This document shows positions 28,939 through 38,101 of a stretch of 64,000 bases of DNA, piece after piece. Both the position numbers and the translations under genes were made by a program. The notes below the pieces were generated by a model, which had not been told where the DNA came from, did not search any database, and saw nothing but the letters and a program-made list of their open reading frames with translations. The stretch is taken from NCBI GenBank assembly GCA_964443075.1, contig CAYUCB010000001.1, forward strand, positions 23,778-87,777, in the 5' to 3' direction. The DNA comes from an uncultured Caldilineaceae bacterium (GTDB lineage Bacteria > Chloroflexota > Anaerolineae > 4572-78 > J111). Positions within the stretch are counted from its first letter, which is position 1; every line of letters begins with the position of its first letter.

Positions 28939-29088
28939 TTATGGGTTTGTCCGTTGACCAGCCTCCAGTTTCGCTATGCGCTCAACCAAAGCGGCCAGCC
29001 ACAGCAAAATCTGACCGATGGCTTGCTCCACCGTCAAATCTCCCCGTTCCCACCGTTTGATGAGTTCCGTTAATTCGTACCGTTTCAT
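28939..29088 (-). CDS. Small hypothetical ORF (49 aa, MKRYELTELIKRWERGDLTVEQAIGQILLWLAALVERIAKLEAGQRTNP)
   Basis: Found manually; not in the supplied ORF track (<60 aa). Preceded by palindromic sites. Confidence 0.3.
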   Translation of the reverse strand: MKRYELTELIKRWERGDLTVEQAIGQILLWLAALVERIAKLEAGQRTNP

Positions 29089-29108
29089 GATGCTGCCTCC
29101 TCATTTGC

Positions 29109-29200
29109 GTAGTAACACGAATACGTGTATAACCTGATAAAAATTAAGCGAGTTCAACTCGCTACAAGATTTATATTAACACGAATTCGTGTGATTGTCA
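29109..29200. promoter_or_regulatory. Two ACACGAAT(A/T)CGTGT palindromes (one perfect ACACGAATTCGTGT) flanking a hairpin aagcgagttcaactcgct; candidate operator pair
   Basis: Direct reading. Confidence 0.45.
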
Positions 29201-29698
29201 AGAGTCAGTTTTTTCGGTTGAGCCGGTCTGATAGGGAAAATCAACCTCTTCGGCCACCATTTGCAGCAGTTTGTTCATGGAGCGGCGGGCGGTGTGGTGG
29301 CCTACTTCCCAATCGCTGATGGTTTGCTGGCGCACCTGTAACCGGTCGGCCAGTTCTTGCTGCGACCAGCCGGCATGGTCGCGCAGCGATTTAATCTGCT
29401 CGCCTGTCCAACCCCGCGATTTGCGAATGGGCGTGATCCGGTAACTAATACGGGCCGGGCGAAACACCACCGCGCCGCCCTCAAAGTTGACATCATCCAC
29501 CCACCAGCCGGCTTCTTGCCAGGTGCGCCCCTGGGTGGTGGGACTGTTGGCCCACCAGGCTCGGGCCACCCGGGCGGTATCGGGCAAGGGGCGGCCTAAA
29601 ATGGCTTCCAACTCGGCAAAACTCAGCTCTAGCAGGGTGGCGTCGGGCTGCTGCCGTAAATATTCATATAAGGGATGATATTTGCTTCGCGGCGACAT
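29198..29698 (-). CDS. XRE-family HTH domain protein with an N-terminal domain of unknown function
   Basis: C-terminal 'GEQIKSLRDHAGWSQQELADRLQVRQQTISDWE' HTH_XRE. Confidence 0.55.
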   Translation of the reverse strand: MSPRSKYHPLYEYLRQQPDATLLELSFAELEAILGRPLPDTARVARAWWANSPTTQGRTWQEAGWWVDDVNFEGGAVVFRPARISYRITPIRKSRGWTGEQIKSLRDHAGWSQQELADRLQVRQQTISDWEVGHHTARRSMNKLLQMVAEEVDFPYQTGSTEKTDS

Positions 29699-29812
29699 AG
29701 GGTTTGTTTGTCCGTTTAACTTTAAACCTGGGGATATTGTATCATAATTTACATAACCCCAAAATTGACCCGCTTATGGCCGGGTTGATGAATTCCGGCT
29801 CAGGGGTCGGTT

Positions 29813-30631
29813 TTAGCCGGGGGCGGTTTTATGCACCGGCAGGCTGACATACAGGCCCAACCGGCCATTTTTTTGCCGTCTGGCCCAGGCTCGCCCCTGA
29901 TGTTTTTCGGCCAAAAGGCGGGCCAGGGGCAAATCAAGCCCGCCCCGCCCCAATTCAGTGCGGCCGGCCGAGTCAACATGCACTGCCAGGTCAAATAATT
30001 CTTCAACCTCTTCAGGGGGCAGGTGGGGGGCGGTTATATCCACCCGAAACGTGACCATGCCTTCTTCCCGCAGGGCGGTCAGGTGAATATCGCCCTTTTG
30101 CTGTTGTTTGGCGGCAAAGCGCAGCAAGCCTTTAAGCATCTGGCGCACCCGTTCCCGGTCGGCCCAAATGGGCGGCAGGGTGGGCGGCAGGTACGCCACC
30201 AACTGAACCGGCTGGTCCGATTTTAGCGGCCCCAAATCATTTGCAACAATTTCATCAATCACCGGTTTGATTTCCACCGGGGCAAAATCGCAGGTGAGCC
30301 GGTCGGCTTCCAGTTTGCTCAGGTCAACCATATTGCTGATTAAGGTGAGCAGGTTGAGGGCGCTCTGGTAAATAGCGGTCAGGTCGGCCCGCTGGATATC
30401 GTTAATTGGCCCTTCAATTTCTTCCAGCATCAGCTCGCAAAAGCCCAAAACGGCGTTGAGCGGCCCGCGCAGGTCGTGCGAGAGGTGATATACCTCTAAG
30501 GGGGGGCGCGATGGCCCAACCTGGGTGTTGACAGTAAACGAATTTGGGTGAGGTGGTGCAGCGTCGCTCATAAACCCTCCGGTAGACATATTGGATGGTA
30601 TCATTTTACCATACGCGGTCATATTTCTCAA
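29813..30631 (-). CDS. Sensor histidine kinase (cytoplasmic HisKA + HATPase_c core, no sensor or TM)
   Basis: H-box 'LSHDLRGPLNAVLGFCELM'; C-terminal 'GRTELGRGGLDLPLA' G-box. Confidence 0.7.
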   Translation of the reverse strand: MRNMTAYGKMIPSNMSTGGFMSDAAPPHPNSFTVNTQVGPSRPPLEVYHLSHDLRGPLNAVLGFCELMLEEIEGPINDIQRADLTAIYQSALNLLTLISNMVDLSKLEADRLTCDFAPVEIKPVIDEIVANDLGPLKSDQPVQLVAYLPPTLPPIWADRERVRQMLKGLLRFAAKQQQKGDIHLTALREEGMVTFRVDITAPHLPPEEVEELFDLAVHVDSAGRTELGRGGLDLPLARLLAEKHQGRAWARRQKNGRLGLYVSLPVHKTAPG

Positions 30632-30672
30632 TTGACTTTCTGCTATTGCTCTGCTAAAATATGCCTTGCTCT

Positions 30673-30762
30673 GGAGGGATGGCAGAGCGGTTTAATGCGG
30701 TGGTCTTGAAAACCATTGAGGCCGCAAGGTCTCCGGGGGTTCGAATCCCTCTCCCTCCGCCA
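30673..30762 (+). tRNA. tRNA-Ser (TGA), CCA encoded
   Basis: Manual fold: acceptor GGAGGGA/TCCCTCC, anticodon loop CTTGAAA, long variable arm, TTCGAATCC; ends GCCA. Confidence 0.8.
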
Positions 30763-30850
30763 GAACAATGAACAATGAACAATGAACAATTAGTAATGAA
30801 CAAAGGGCTATTTTTGAAAATTCTTGTTCATTACTAATTGTTAATTTGTA
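30763..30850. repeat. (gaacaat)4 tandem heptamer followed by a 17-bp inverted repeat (caattagtaatgaacaa / ttgttcattactaattg) between the two tRNA-Ser genes
   Basis: Direct reading. Confidence 0.6.
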
Positions 30851-30853
30851 TAT

Positions 30854-30942
30854 GGGGAGGTGCCAGAGTGGACGAATGGGACCGCCTGCTAAGTGGTTGT
30901 CGGGGTAACTCTCGACCGTGGGTTCGAATCCCACCCTCCCCG
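30854..30942 (+). tRNA. tRNA-Ser (GCT)
   Basis: Manual fold: acceptor GGGGAGG/CCTCCCC, anticodon loop CTGCTAA, long variable arm, TTCGAATCC, discriminator G; short terminator hairpin follows (30957..30985). Confidence 0.75.
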
Positions 30943-31243
30943 CTGTGATAACCGTCTCGCGCCTTAGCCGAGGCGGTTTTTTGTTGCCTGCTTCTCTAGG
31001 AATTATGAACCATAGCCAAATGGTTAAAAACCCCCTAAAGTTAAAGTGAAATCGGGAGCCGCCGCCCAAACCTTAAAAAAGCGGCTTGATTTTAGTAGTC
31101 AAACGTGATATTATGTGAATGTGGAAATTTTAACAGAATTTTGCTCAGAATGGCCTGACCCCAAGACCCAACAACGCGCAAAGTCCGGTTAGGACATGGC
31201 GCGTTGTTTTTATTCAAAACAACTTTAGGCGATAACAGGGAGT

Positions 31244-32752
31244 GTGGCAATGTTTCTAAATATTATTTTAGCGGGGTTGACTCTCATTGGAACAGCGGCT
31301 TTTATAGCCGCTCCCGACCCGATGTGGTGGGCGGGCGTCGGGTTGGTTGGTTTAAGCTGGGCGGCCTATTTATTGATCTTCATTCCACGCAAGCAGCCCC
31401 AAAAGCGGGGCTGGTGGGCGTTAGGAGCTATCTTTTTTATCCTGGCTGCCCTCGCCGGAGCTGTTTTGTTGCTTTACTGGCAGGCAACTGATATGACGGT
31501 ATTAATGGGGGGTGAGGCCCTTACTTCGGATTCATGGGGCGGCCGTGTCTTGTTGGTGCTGCTGGGGGGTGTGGTCTCGCTGGTGTTGACCCTGCTCTTT
31601 TTTGCGGCGGTGGGCTATTTTAGTGTTATTTACATTTTGGACCTGCCCCATGAAGAAAATTTAAGGTTTTGGACGGCCTTTCGCTCTTATATTTCTCTGG
31701 TGCTAAATATACAATATTTGTGGCTTGACGTAGCCGAAGGCAAAGTGATTGAAATCAAGCAGAACGGATTTCTCAAAACCGGGCTGAGTATGGGCAAAAT
31801 TATCGTCCGGCCTGGCAATGCGGTAGTGCTGCAAAAGGGTGGTCAGATTACCCGTATTTGTGGGGCCGGGATTGTCCCCACCACGCGTAATGAGTTTATC
31901 AGAGGCCAGCCGATTGATTTAGGGCCACAATTCTATGTTGAACGGCTTGAAAATGTTATCACTATGGATCAGGTTCCTCTGGAAATAGAGGTGGGGATTA
32001 GTTATAGAATTAAACCGGCCGTTAACCCAGATGCTCCGGGGGTGAAAAAAGAGGCCACCTATGGGGTTTTTCCGGTTGAAGAAAAAACGCTGTTGGATGC
32101 GGCCTTCAAAGTAAAAGATTGGCATGTTCTGGCCCAGGGCGCGGTCAAGAATAATCTGCGCGACCAGATGATGACCTATAAAGTGGATGACCTGTTTCAG
32201 ATGCTGCCAAAAGGTGACACGCTGAGGGCAAACAACCGGCAAATCAGAGAAATTGAGGAAACGGCCCAAAATGCGGTCAATGGATTTGCTACCAATGTGG
32301 GGATAGAGATTACCGGGGTGGATATCCGGCAGGTTACGTTATCGGGAGATCTGCGAGAAGCGGTGAAAATGAGGATTCAAGCCCAGGCTGAAGCTGAAAG
32401 TATTAAACACAAATCTCTGGCCGAGGCCCAGGGTATCCGGCAAATTGAAGGTCAACGTAATGTGGCCCGAGGTGAACTGGTTACAAGAATTTTGGACAGT
32501 ATTTCTCTTAAGACCGGGCAGATTGGCGAAATGGAATTACAATTAGCTACAGTCTTTGCACACATTACTCGCCGGGCCTTAACCGACGATGTGCTAGGGC
32601 ATCAATATGTTGAGATGTTAAAGACGCTGGCTGAAGGCAAAGGGACCAATATTTTCAACGCAATGTCTGGTAGTCAGCAGGTTGAGTCATCCGGAGTGTT
32701 ACCAGAATTATATTTACGGCAGCACGACCAGTCTCAAAACGATCATCGTTAA
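31244..32752 (+). CDS. SPFH/band-7 (stomatin/prohibitin-like) domain protein with an extended N-terminal multi-TM region
   Basis: 'VITMDQVPLEIEVGISYRIK' SPFH core and coiled-coil tail; about 4 N-terminal TM helices. Confidence 0.65.
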   Translation: MAMFLNIILAGLTLIGTAAFIAAPDPMWWAGVGLVGLSWAAYLLIFIPRKQPQKRGWWALGAIFFILAALAGAVLLLYWQATDMTVLMGGEALTSDSWGGRVLLVLLGGVVSLVLTLLFFAAVGYFSVIYILDLPHEENLRFWTAFRSYISLVLNIQYLWLDVAEGKVIEIKQNGFLKTGLSMGKIIVRPGNAVVLQKGGQITRICGAGIVPTTRNEFIRGQPIDLGPQFYVERLENVITMDQVPLEIEVGISYRIKPAVNPDAPGVKKEATYGVFPVEEKTLLDAAFKVKDWHVLAQGAVKNNLRDQMMTYKVDDLFQMLPKGDTLRANNRQIREIEETAQNAVNGFATNVGIEITGVDIRQVTLSGDLREAVKMRIQAQAEAESIKHKSLAEAQGIRQIEGQRNVARGELVTRILDSISLKTGQIGEMELQLATVFAHITRRALTDDVLGHQYVEMLKTLAEGKGTNIFNAMSGSQQVESSGVLPELYLRQHDQSQNDHR

Positions 32753-32772
32753 TCTGGTTACAATTTTACCGG

Positions 32773-33039
32773 CTAACGCCTCGTTCCATTATGCGGAATA
32801 ACAGCCGGGCTAACTTCAAGATGGCCTGGCTGGCGTTTGATAGACTGAAATTCGTCAGCCAGGCCAATCATTTGGGCAATGGTTTGCAGGGCATCTTCAA
32901 ACCCTTCTTTATAACCGCAAGTATAGCTATCTTCTTTGAGCAGGCGGTTAAATCGGTATTGGGCTAAATATAAAGCTTGCAGACCGTCTAACACATCGGC
33001 CCGTTGAATTGTCATCGCTCCATTTTTAAGTTCAGCCAT
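32773..33039 (-). CDS. Hypothetical small protein
   Basis: ORF only. Confidence 0.3.
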   Translation of the reverse strand: MAELKNGAMTIQRADVLDGLQALYLAQYRFNRLLKEDSYTCGYKEGFEDALQTIAQMIGLADEFQSIKRQPGHLEVSPAVIPHNGTRR

Positions 33040-33515
33040 TTTGTTTTACCTCGAACATATGTTCTATTATACCATAAAGAGGGTAGACTTTGTCAAGCCC
33101 CGTCAATAATTTTAAGAGAAAATTTAAGGCGTAAGGTAAACAAGAAATTCCTTTAGTCCAACCGCAGTTTTTACCCCTGACTGCGGCGGTAGGCTGGCTA
33201 GATTATCAGCCGTTAAAGGGTGGCTCAAAAGTGGGGAATTGAAGAGTCAATAGTTTCTCTTTCCTACGGTTCCCCCAAATAATGGGCCTAATCTTACACA
33301 AACGGCTGGTTTTGGCAAAAATCCTTAAGATTTATGGTAAAAAAATACCCCCTGCGGGCTTGGTTCAACCGGGTAACGGTAAACGCAGGGAGTATCTAAA
33401 ACCAATCTCACAGTTTAATTTTTAAGCAATCTGAGTGAAGGCTGTATTTTTCAGGGTAAACCAATTCGCCGGAAAATACAAGCGCTAAAAATGAGAAATT
33501 TGTCTCACTTTTCCC

Positions 33516-34802
33516 CTACCCAATCATCTCCAGCCCCCCCATATAGGGCTGTAACACCTCCGGCAGCACCACACGACCATCGGCCTGCTGGTAATTTTCC
33601 AGAATGGCAATCATCAAGCGCCCCGGCGGCAGGCCGCTGCCGTTGAGGGTGTGCATAAATTCGGGTTTAGCCCCGGCCTCGGGCCGAAAACGCAGGTTGG
33701 CCCGCCGGGCTTGAAAATCGGTCACATTGCTGCAACTGCTAATTTCCATCCACTCGCCCTGACCGTGTTCGCCGGGCACCCAGGCTTCCAAATCGTACTT
33801 TTTGGCGGCGGCAAAACCCAGGTCGCCGGTGCAGATTTGCACCACCCGGTGGGGCAGATTCAGGCGGCGGCAGAGGTCTTCGGCGTTGGCCACAATCTCT
33901 TCCAGGTGGGTGTAGCTCTCTTCGGGCCGGGTGTAATGGTACATCTCCACCTTTTCAAACTGATGGACGCGCTTAATGCCGCGCACGTCGCGCCCGGCGC
34001 TCATCTTCTCCCGCCGAAAGCAGGGGGTGTGGGCCAGGTATTTGATGGGGAGTTGGTCGGCCTCTAAAATTTCATCGGCAAACAGGTTGGTTAGGGGCAC
34101 TTCGGCGGTGCCGATAAACCAGTAATCCTCTTCGGCGTCGTGGTACATATTATCGCGGAACTTGGGCAGGTGGGCCGCGCCAATCATGGCCTGCTCGCGC
34201 ACCATAAAGGGTGGGTAGATTTCGGTGTAGCCGTGTTCGCGCACGCCCACATCAATAAACCAATTCGCCAGGGCGCGATGCAGCGCCGCGCCCGCCCCTT
34301 TGAAGACGTAAAAGCGGGTGCCGCTCATCTTGACCCCGCGCTCAAAATCAATAATGCCCAGCCCCTCGCCTAATTCCCAGTGCGGTTTGGGGGCAAAATC
34401 AAAGGTGGGCGGCTGGCCCCAGCGCCGCACCTCAAGGTTGTGGTTCTCGTCCGGGCCAACCGGCACGCCGGGGCCGGGCATGTTGGGCACGTATAACTGC
34501 CGGTCGAGCAGGTCGGCCTCAATTTGGCGCAGAGTTTCATCAAGTTGGCTGATTTTATCGCCCAGCCCGGCCATTTCGGCCTTTTTAGCCTCCGCTTCGG
34601 CCTTTTTGCCCTCGCGCATCAACAGGCCGATGGCTTTGCTGCCGCTGTTGCGTTCCTGGCGCAGCGCCTCCACCTCGCGTAAAATATCCCGCCGCTGCCG
34701 GTCTAACTCTAAAATCTCGTCAATCGGCGCTTCGGTGTTCAAATCGCGCAGGGCCGCTTTCACCTGCTCCGGGTTTTCGCGGATAAAGTTTAGGTCTAAC
34801 AT
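33516..34802 (-). CDS. serS: Seryl-tRNA synthetase
   Basis: N-terminal coiled-coil 'MLDLNFIRENPEQVKAALR' and class II core motifs. Start taken at MLDLN. Confidence 0.9.
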   Translation of the reverse strand: MLDLNFIRENPEQVKAALRDLNTEAPIDEILELDRQRRDILREVEALRQERNSGSKAIGLLMREGKKAEAEAKKAEMAGLGDKISQLDETLRQIEADLLDRQLYVPNMPGPGVPVGPDENHNLEVRRWGQPPTFDFAPKPHWELGEGLGIIDFERGVKMSGTRFYVFKGAGAALHRALANWFIDVGVREHGYTEIYPPFMVREQAMIGAAHLPKFRDNMYHDAEEDYWFIGTAEVPLTNLFADEILEADQLPIKYLAHTPCFRREKMSAGRDVRGIKRVHQFEKVEMYHYTRPEESYTHLEEIVANAEDLCRRLNLPHRVVQICTGDLGFAAAKKYDLEAWVPGEHGQGEWMEISSCSNVTDFQARRANLRFRPEAGAKPEFMHTLNGSGLPPGRLMIAILENYQQADGRVVLPEVLQPYMGGLEMIG

Positions 34803-34879
34803 CAGTTCCTCCTTATGGTCAATTACAATTGGTATCAGGGTAATCAGGTAGCAAGTGTAGCAAGGTTGCATTTGCTACC

Positions 34880-35165
34880 CTGCTACTTGCTACCCTGTAA
34901 ACAAAAACCCCCGCCCGTAAAAGGGCGAGGGCTAACTCGCGGTGCCACCTTTTTTTGCCGGGGGCTGGCCCCGGCAATCTCTCGGCGCGATAACGGGCGC
35001 ACCCGGAGCGACTCATCGCCGCCGGCTCAAGAGCGGAATTCAGCCTTCCCTTTGCGCGCCTCGCACCAACCGGCGCGTCTCTGAGGCCAGGGAAGTGGCT
35101 TACTTTTCTCCATCACAGCCGTTAAAGGGATTATAGCATAACCATTTAATTGCGCAACCGGGATG
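34880..35165 (-). ncRNA. Probable T-box riboswitch leader for serS (Ser specifier)
   Basis: Minus-strand -10 'tataat' at ~35130-35135. AGAGA motif, 'GAAUUCCG' candidate specifier with the Ser codon UCC. T-box sequence 'AAAAAAAGGUGGCACCGCGAG' with a UGGC bulge matching discriminator G of both tRNA-Ser genes. Followed by terminator gccctcgccc-tttta-cgggcggggg + UUUUU (plus 34901..34935). Confidence 0.6.
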
Positions 35166-35249
35166 ACAGACCACCGGTTTAGAGAAATTTCGTTAACGGT
35201 TAGGGGCGTGATATAATGACTGCATCTTTTGACAGGAAAAACCTAACCT

Positions 35250-36020
35250 ATGCGCTCTCAATATTATTATGAACCACCTCGTTCTAACTTGCTGGAGAAC
35301 CTTCGTTTTCTGATTGAACCGCCCACGGCCTATATCACCTTTTTGGGAGGGATTGGACTGGCTCTGGTTTTGTTAGCCTTTCCCGATATTAGCCGTTACG
35401 GGGCCAATATTTTGGTGCTGTTAATTGCCTTCCCCATCCATGAATTGTCCCATGCCCTGGTGGCAGACCGGCTGGGCGACTCGACCCCCCGCATTAATGG
35501 CCGGATTACCCTCAACCCTTTTGCCCAACTGAATCTAATCGGTTCTATCTTGATGGTAATTGTGGGGCTGGGGTGGGCTTATGTGCCTATCAACCCCCGC
35601 TATCTGCGGCCTAATCCGCGCACCGGGCATATGCTGGTCGCCATTGCCGGCCCAATTTCTAACCTCATCCTGGCGTTTTTGTGCGCCGGTTTGTGGCATC
35701 TGGTAACCTTTTCTCTGCAATCGTTGGGGCTGCTGTCTGTACTGGAATATCTATACCGGCTTTTATTCTGGTTTTGTTTCATTAATCTGGGCCTGTTCTT
35801 CTTTAACCTGATCCCGATTTTTCCGCTGGATGGTTTTGCCGTGCTAAAAGGGTTACTGCCTTATGAACTGGCTTATCAACTGGAGCGGGTGCAGCAATAC
35901 GGCATGTTGATTTTCCTGGGCCTTTTCTTTATTGCGCCGCTTATGGGGCTGCCGATTTTGGAATGGCTGGTTTGGGGCCCGGCCAATAATATTGCCCAAT
36001 TTTTATTTTTTGGGCTATAA
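35250..36020 (+). CDS. Site-2 protease family (M50) intramembrane metalloprotease
   Basis: 'HELSHALVADRLGD' HExxH within a TM helix; 'NLIPIFPLDG'. Confidence 0.8.
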   Translation: MRSQYYYEPPRSNLLENLRFLIEPPTAYITFLGGIGLALVLLAFPDISRYGANILVLLIAFPIHELSHALVADRLGDSTPRINGRITLNPFAQLNLIGSILMVIVGLGWAYVPINPRYLRPNPRTGHMLVAIAGPISNLILAFLCAGLWHLVTFSLQSLGLLSVLEYLYRLLFWFCFINLGLFFFNLIPIFPLDGFAVLKGLLPYELAYQLERVQQYGMLIFLGLFFIAPLMGLPILEWLVWGPANNIAQFLFFGL

Positions 36021-36026
36021 ACGCCG

Positions 36027-36638
36027 ATGGTTTCTCTCAAACCTTCTCACCCGGCGCTTTACCGGGCCGGGCAATTTTTTGCGGCCCTTAAAGCCAGCCT
36101 GCCGATCTGGGCCGGGGGTGGTCTGTCTGCGGGTGATGAAGCCGTACCGGCGGCCATTTTGATGACCCCGACCCAACAACACCTGTTTAACGGCATGTCC
36201 CCCAACGACCGGCGGCACGCCATTGCCGTAGCCCGCACTTTGCAGCAAGCCGGCTACACTCAGCCAGCCCTCTTACAGGCCGCCCTGCTGCATGATGTCG
36301 GCAAAAGTCTGGGCCAGCCGGTTATCTATCGCGTAGCCATTGTGTTCTTAGAAGCCTTTTGGCCCGCCGCCTTAGCCCGTTTAAGCGCCTCTCAAATCCC
36401 AGATGACAAAACCCCCTCACCCTTCATCCTTCATCCCTCATCCTTCCCCCGCTGGCGTCGCCCGTTTGTGATTCACGCCCAACACCCCGCCATCGGCGCG
36501 GCCTGGGCCAAAGAAGCCGGCTGTGACCTGTTGGCCGTGCGTCTGATTGCCCGCCATCAGGATTCGCTGACCGGCTTGCCGCTTGATGAAGCGGATAATT
36601 TGTTAGCCGTCCTGCAATGGGCGGATGATTTGAATTAA
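36027..36638 (+). CDS. HD-domain phosphohydrolase-like protein
   Basis: 'RRHAIAVA ... LLHDVGK' HD motif. Confidence 0.6.
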   Translation: MVSLKPSHPALYRAGQFFAALKASLPIWAGGGLSAGDEAVPAAILMTPTQQHLFNGMSPNDRRHAIAVARTLQQAGYTQPALLQAALLHDVGKSLGQPVIYRVAIVFLEAFWPAALARLSASQIPDDKTPSPFILHPSSFPRWRRPFVIHAQHPAIGAAWAKEAGCDLLAVRLIARHQDSLTGLPLDEADNLLAVLQWADDLN

Positions 36639-36639
36639 A

Positions 36640-36712
36640 GACAAGGAGTAGGGAGTTAAGAAGTAGGAAGTAAATTCACCTACTCTTACTTGCTTACTCC
36701 CTACTCCCGTTA
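36640..36712. repeat. Long nested hairpin (ggagtagggagttaag...cttactccctactcc; ~15-bp outer stem)
   Basis: Direct reading; no T-run. Confidence 0.55.
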
Positions 36713-36722
36713 AGGTGAATTT

Positions 36723-37691
36723 ATGAGCAATTTTACTCTCGCTATTATTGGCACCGGCGTTGTTGGCGCGTCTTTAGGGCTGGCCCTTAAACGCGATAAA
36801 GACGCGCCGTATCTGATTGGGCATGATAAAGTATCGGATACGACTAAGGCCGCCGTAAAAATGGGTGCGCTTGACAAAGCCGAATGGAATCTGATTAACG
36901 CCTGCGAATCGGCCGATGTGATTATTCTGGCCTTGCCTTTCAGCGGTATCCGGCCCACTTTGGAGGCCATCGCTCCCTATCTCAAACCCGGCGTGGTGAT
37001 TACCGATACGGCCCGCAGCAAAGTCCCGGTCTTGGCCTGGGCTAAAGAATTGCTGCCACCGCATGTCCATTTTATTGGGGGCGACCCACTGGTGCATACC
37101 GCCGGAACCGGCCACCCCCACGCCACCGCCGACCTGTTTCGAGAGCGGCTCTACTGCCTGACCCCGGCCGTCTCTGCCGCTGAAGAAGCGGTTGAATTGA
37201 TGGTCGGTTTGGTCTCTATGCTGGGGGCTAAACCCTTTTTTCTGGATGCGGCCGAGCATGACGGCTTGACAACCGCTGTTGACATCCTGCCGAGCCTGGT
37301 GGGAGCCAGTTTGATGCAAACCGTGGTTTCCCAGCCTTCCTGGCGGGAAATGCGCAAAGTAGCCGGCGCTCTGTTTGAGCAAGCTACCGCCGGAGCCGGC
37401 GACGACCCGGCTTCGCTGCGCGATAATCTGCTGGCTAACCGGGCCGATTTGCTGATCTGGCTGGATCGTTACCTGGAACAGTTGCACCAGGTACGTACCC
37501 TGCTGACCTCGCCGGATGATTCCGCTCCAGCCCTGACCCAACTGCTGGAAAAAGCTGCCACCGAGCGCGTCAATTGGCTGCTTGACACCCAACAGAGCCG
37601 CTTTGATGACCCGGAAATGGCCCTCCCACCGATTGAACAGCCTGGCTTGATGAGACGGCTCATTGGTTTGGGCGGCCCCAGAAAGCAGTAG
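36723..37691 (+). CDS. tyrA: Prephenate/arogenate dehydrogenase
   Basis: 'LAIIGTGVVGASLGLALKR' NAD-binding fold and TyrA-like core. Confidence 0.75.
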   Translation: MSNFTLAIIGTGVVGASLGLALKRDKDAPYLIGHDKVSDTTKAAVKMGALDKAEWNLINACESADVIILALPFSGIRPTLEAIAPYLKPGVVITDTARSKVPVLAWAKELLPPHVHFIGGDPLVHTAGTGHPHATADLFRERLYCLTPAVSAAEEAVELMVGLVSMLGAKPFFLDAAEHDGLTTAVDILPSLVGASLMQTVVSQPSWREMRKVAGALFEQATAGAGDDPASLRDNLLANRADLLIWLDRYLEQLHQVRTLLTSPDDSAPALTQLLEKAATERVNWLLDTQQSRFDDPEMALPPIEQPGLMRRLIGLGGPRKQ

Positions 37692-37706
37692 GGGAGTGGT
37701 ATATGA

Positions 37707-38003
37707 GTGAGAAGTTGGTCCGAACACATCGGGATTTGGAGGTGTATCACGTACTTCGTCTACATCCTTGAGTGCGCCGACCAAACCCTTTACACCGGTT
37801 GGACCACCGATATAAACCGGCGCTTGGCGGCTCACAACGCCGGACGCGGGGCGCGTTACACCCGTCAGCGCGGCCCGGTGCGCCTGGTTTACCAGGAAGA
37901 AGTGGCCGACCACCGCGCCGCCCTCGAACGCGAACAGCAAATTAAACGTCTCCCTCGCGCCGCAAAACTCAAACTGGTTGAAGGTTTTAAGGTTGAAAGT
38001 TAA
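37707..38003 (+). CDS. GIY-YIG nuclease family protein (stand-alone URI domain)
   Basis: 'YFVYILEC.DQTLYTGWTTDINRRLAAHN'; GTG start. Confidence 0.7.
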   Translation: MRSWSEHIGIWRCITYFVYILECADQTLYTGWTTDINRRLAAHNAGRGARYTRQRGPVRLVYQEEVADHRAALEREQQIKRLPRAAKLKLVEGFKVES

Positions 38004-38101
38004 AAGTTGAAGGTTAAAACCTTCCAACCTTTAACCTTCCAACCGTTTAACCCGCCAACCCTTTTTGCTATTCCCTCTGGCCTGGTATAAAATCGAAACT
38101 G

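Noticed and set aside
30763-30850. Possible CRISPR-like array from the gaacaat tandem repeats
   Set aside because: 7-nt units without spacers. It is a simple tandem heptamer plus inverted repeat, not a CRISPR.
30692-31069. 125-aa minus-strand ORF
   Set aside because: Overlaps both tRNA-Ser genes and the intervening repeat; spurious.
36774-38027. 417-aa ORF on the minus strand
   Set aside because: Antisense to tyrA and the GIY-YIG gene. High-GC genomes generate long spurious antisense ORFs; composition is Gly/Arg/Gln-rich with no recognisable motifs.
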